A stretch of 64,000 nucleotides of DNA from Nitrospirota bacterium (GTDB taxonomy: Bacteria; Nitrospirota; UBA9217), in assembly GCA_035623825.1 (NCBI GenBank), contig DASPSR010000022.1, positions 64,001 to 128,000 on the forward strand, in the 5' to 3' direction. Shown here piece after piece: positions 60,520 to 64,000 of this stretch. The notes beneath the pieces are model-generated. The model worked only from the letters and a program-made list of their open reading frames with translations. It ran no database searches and was not told where the DNA came from. Position 1 is the stretch's first letter, and every line of letters begins with the position of its first letter. The position numbers and the translations under genes are program-made.

Positions 60520-62676
60520 ATGACCGAGGAAGCAAAAAAACTAAATGAGCATCTAAGCGGGGAGATTACCGAACGTGAACAGATGGAAGAAGCCTTGCGC
60601 GAGAGCGAAGCTCAGTATAGGGCGCTGTTCGAAGGCTCGCCAGACGCCGTCTTTCTTGCCGACCCAGAAACGGGTATCATCCTTGATGCAAATCAGGCAG
60701 CGTGCAGGCTCCTCGCTCGGCCATATGAAAGGATCATCGGCCTCCATCAATCCGATATCCATCCTCCAGACAAGAAATCATACTCCCAAGAGACGTTTAA
60801 CCAGTATGTCGAAGGAGCGATGGAACAAAAGGGACTGCATCCTATCGAAATAGACGTTCTCCGGCCGGATGGCTCGGTAGTGCCCGTAGAGGTCCTGGCG
60901 CAGCTGGTCACCATCAGAGGGAAAAAGATACTTCAGGGGGTATTCCGGGATATCACAGAACGGAAAATGACCGAGCAAAAGCTCGAGGAAAGCATTGTGC
61001 GGTTCCGCCGGTTGTCCGAAGCCGGCTTCGAGGGTATTGTTATCAGTGAACAGGGAGTTCTTGTTGATGCAAATACAAGAATGGCCGAGATATTAGGATG
61101 CTCAATCCCGGATCTGCTAGGCAGGAAGCTCTCCGATTTCGTCGCGCCGGAGTCTATGGATTCCATGCTGGAACATTTCCGGTCAGGGTCTGAAGAACGC
61201 TATGAGCTATTTGCCAGGAGAAAAGACGGTTCTATATTCCCGATTGAGGCACAAGACAAAGCCTTGCCGTATGCAGGAAGAATGCTGCGAATAACCGCTA
61301 TCCGGGATGTCACCGAGCGCAAGGAGGCAGAGGAACGGATCCGCTACCTGGCTTATTATGACAGCCTGACGGGACTTCCGAACCGCACGTTTTACAAAGA
61401 GCTTGTCAGCCGGGCCCTCCTCCTGGCAAAGCGCCACCGCTGGACCATAGCCGTCCTCTTCATCGACCTCGATGATTTCAAGCGGATCAATGATACCCTT
61501 GGTCATAATATAGGCGATCAGTTGCTGCGTACCGTCGGGGACATCGTGAAGACTTGCATTCGCAAGAGCGACTTCATCACTCGTTCGGAAACGGACGAAC
61601 TGGAGAATGTCGTGGCACGTCTTGGCGGGGATGAGTTCATCGTGCTTCTCAATGAGATCGCTCACAGCCAGGATGCATCCAGGGTAGCCATGCGTATCCT
61701 CAAGGAACTTGCCAGGCCCTTTAACCTGGCAGGCCATGAAGTGCTCGTCACCGCCAGCATCGGCATCGCCCTCTATCCCCTCGATGGCAGCGATGCAGAG
61801 ACCCTTTTCAAAAATGCCGATGTGGCCATGTATCATGCAAAGAATCAAGGGCGGAACAATTACCAGTTTTATACGAAATCCATGAATGCCATGTCCCTCC
61901 AGCGCTTGGATCTCGAAAACGACCTCCGAAAGGCACTGGATCGCGGCGAGTTTCTGCTCTACTATAAACCGACTGTGGACGCCCAGACCCGGAAGATCAT
62001 CGGCGCGGAAGCCCTCATACGCTGGAAGCATCCGAACAGGGGGATAATCTTGCCAGACGAGTTCATACCGCTGGCCGAAGAGACCGGACTTATAGTCCCG
62101 ATCGGCGAGTGGGTGCTGCGCACCGCCTGTTCTCAGAACAGGGCGTGGCAGCATGCCGGGCACAAGCCCTTCCGGGTGGCAGTGAACCTGTCTGGCCGCC
62201 AATTTGACCAAGAGGATCTCATCGATGTTGTATTCAAGACCCTCAATGATACCGGACTCGACCCGCGGTACCTGGAACTGGAGATAACCGAAAGCACCAT
62301 CATGAAAAACCCCGAGAAGGCGGCTACAACGCTGCAGAAATTGAAACGTATGGGGATATGCCTGTCGATCGACGATTTCGGGACTGGATACTCTTCCCTG
62401 GGGAACCTGAGGAAATTTCCCCTTGACAACCTGAAGATCGACCGTTCCTTTGTGATGAACCTCACTGCCGACAGCGATGACGCGGCCATCACGACCGCAA
62501 TTATCGCAATGGCGCACAGTTTGAAATTGGGAGTCATTGCCGAAGGCGTTGAGTCGGAAGATCAGCAATCGTTCCTGCGTGAGCGGGCGTGCGATGCTGT
62601 CCAGGGCTTCCTCTTCAGCCGTCCCGTCCCCCCAGAGGAATTTATCAAACTCGTCAGTGAAAAAAATCATCTATGA
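60520..62676 (+). CDS. PAS-PAS-GGDEF-EAL protein
   Basis: Two PAS domains, ARLGGDEF, AEALIRW, DDFGTGYSS; start chosen at the ATG after SD CAGGAG. Confidence 0.9.
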   Translation: MTEEAKKLNEHLSGEITEREQMEEALRESEAQYRALFEGSPDAVFLADPETGIILDANQAACRLLARPYERIIGLHQSDIHPPDKKSYSQETFNQYVEGAMEQKGLHPIEIDVLRPDGSVVPVEVLAQLVTIRGKKILQGVFRDITERKMTEQKLEESIVRFRRLSEAGFEGIVISEQGVLVDANTRMAEILGCSIPDLLGRKLSDFVAPESMDSMLEHFRSGSEERYELFARRKDGSIFPIEAQDKALPYAGRMLRITAIRDVTERKEAEERIRYLAYYDSLTGLPNRTFYKELVSRALLLAKRHRWTIAVLFIDLDDFKRINDTLGHNIGDQLLRTVGDIVKTCIRKSDFITRSETDELENVVARLGGDEFIVLLNEIAHSQDASRVAMRILKELARPFNLAGHEVLVTASIGIALYPLDGSDAETLFKNADVAMYHAKNQGRNNYQFYTKSMNAMSLQRLDLENDLRKALDRGEFLLYYKPTVDAQTRKIIGAEALIRWKHPNRGIILPDEFIPLAEETGLIVPIGEWVLRTACSQNRAWQHAGHKPFRVAVNLSGRQFDQEDLIDVVFKTLNDTGLDPRYLELEITESTIMKNPEKAATTLQKLKRMGICLSIDDFGTGYSSLGNLRKFPLDNLKIDRSFVMNLTADSDDAAITTAIIAMAHSLKLGVIAEGVESEDQQSFLRERACDAVQGFLFSRPVPPEEFIKLVSEKNHL

Positions 62677-63210
62677 GGGGAAACCCGCATGCAAACAGAG
62701 CGAAAAGCGATATTGCGCACGAATGTCCCTGACAGGGCCTGCAAAGGTTTCATGTCTATAATTACGAGTAAAGTTAAGCACAGGTGAAAACGGAGATTTT
62801 AAGGCCAATTAGACCTTGAAATAAAAGGAGAATTCTTTTATTTCAATGCTTTTTCATTACTTTATGTTTGCATGAGATAGCGTGATTCATGTTTTCTGTG
62901 GCCAACGGGCTTCAAAAAGGGGCATTAGTTCCGATAGTATGAAAGTTCAAGGCCGACAGATTCACAGAGGGTAATCCGGGTAGTCTTAAGTCTTGCTGTC
63001 AACCATCAAAGTTATGCTATAGTATTAGTTAGATGCAACTTCCGTGATGCTGCGTCTGGGTTGGGATTGGATTATTGATCACGGTACTATTTAATTGAGA
63101 AATTTTATTGCATTTTCCTTGATTCTGGTTCTGTTAATCATGAAGACAATCTTCGCTTCCTACCGGGAGAGCGGGGGAATGCCAAATTTCTCGTAAAGAG
63201 GTTCTTGTCC

Positions 63211-64000
63211 ATGGCCGAACAGGAAGATTCGCATCGTGCAACGCGCATACTCATCATCGTGGCAGCGCTCGCTATTATAACTGGAGGCATTCGCGAGGCG
63301 CAATCGGTCCTGGAATGGTTTCTCGTCGCTGTTTTTCTGGCTGCCATAGGCACGCCATCGGTCCTCTGGCTTGAGCAAAAAGGCATTCCTTATGTTGTCG
63401 CGGTATTTTTCGCTGTGGCGGGCATGGCGACTGTTATAGTGTTTATCGGATTACTCGTCGGAGCGTCGCTTAACAGTTTTTACAATGACCTTCCGTTTTA
63501 TCAGGCTCGGTTGCAGACTCATGTTTCTTCACTCCAAGCGTTCTTGGCAAGCAAGGGTATCACGTTCACAGACTCGTTTCTGGTCGATCAGGTCAAGCCG
63601 GAAGCGGTTAAGAGCCTGACCGCCAGCCTTCTCAGGGGGCTTGGTTCCGCGCTGTTCGAAATAGCCCTGATTCTGCTCACCGTAACCTTCATATTCCTGG
63701 AAGCCTCAAGCTTTCCCGTCAAACTCCGGGCCATTCTCGGTGACCCTCAAAAGGACTTTCACCCGTTTATGAGGTTCGTGTATGATATCAACCGCTATAT
63801 GGTCATTAAAACGGCGATTAGCCTGACGGTGGGCGCCCTGATCGGGATATGGCTTTCTGTTCTTGGCGTGGATTTCGCGATCCTCTGGGGTTTTTTGGCA
63901 TTCCTGCTCCACTATGTGCCCAATATCGGCGCCCTTATCTCAGCCGTTCCAGCGGTTTTTCTCGCCCTCATCCAGCTCGGGATCGGCCGCGCAGCACTCG
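63211..64000 (+). CDS. AI-2E (TqsA/YhhT) family transporter, truncated by the window end
   Basis: Open frame from ATG 63211 (MAEQEDSHRATRILIIVAA...FLLHYVPNIG); absent from the ORF track because it has no stop within the window. Confidence 0.85.
   Translation, partial: MAEQEDSHRATRILIIVAALAIITGGIREAQSVLEWFLVAVFLAAIGTPSVLWLEQKGIPYVVAVFFAVAGMATVIVFIGLLVGASLNSFYNDLPFYQARLQTHVSSLQAFLASKGITFTDSFLVDQVKPEAVKSLTASLLRGLGSALFEIALILLTVTFIFLEASSFPVKLRAILGDPQKDFHPFMRFVYDINRYMVIKTAISLTVGALIGIWLSVLGVDFAILWGFLAFLLHYVPNIGALISAVPAVFLALIQLGIGRAAL

Overview
Bacterial chromosomal window, mostly GC-rich. Gene content and synteny suggest Nitrospirota or a deltaproteobacterial relative (inference). The conserved core spans about 10-39 kb: pgpA-cinA-thpR-recA-pilT-recX-alaS, ubiB-like kinase and mltG, opp permeases, a 7-tRNA cluster, tig-clpP-clpX-engB, and smg-topA-xerC-hslVU-argB. 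Accessory-looking signalling, envelope and metabolic blocks flank it at 1-10 kb and 39-64 kb. No CRISPR array, rRNA, prophage or IS element was seen. The most notable observations are: (1) a small ORF matching the catalytic motifs of eukaryotic Janus/PHPT1 phosphohistidine phosphatases; (2) a receiver-LpxC fusion; (3) a HAMP-GGDEF protein with the Hypr-type Asp-to-Ser substitution, a candidate 3',3'-cGAMP synthase; (4) an orphan GroES with a histone-H1-like tail; (5) a STAS-HATPase plus STAS-wHTH pair with a repeat operator; (6) a UGA/SECIS selenoprotein ArsS in an arsenosugar-type cluster that includes a Zn-finger HD-GYP protein; (7) a candidate structured RNA inside the tRNA cluster; (8) an oriC-like AT-rich segment at the window start. 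All family calls come from motif recognition by eye; no searches were run.
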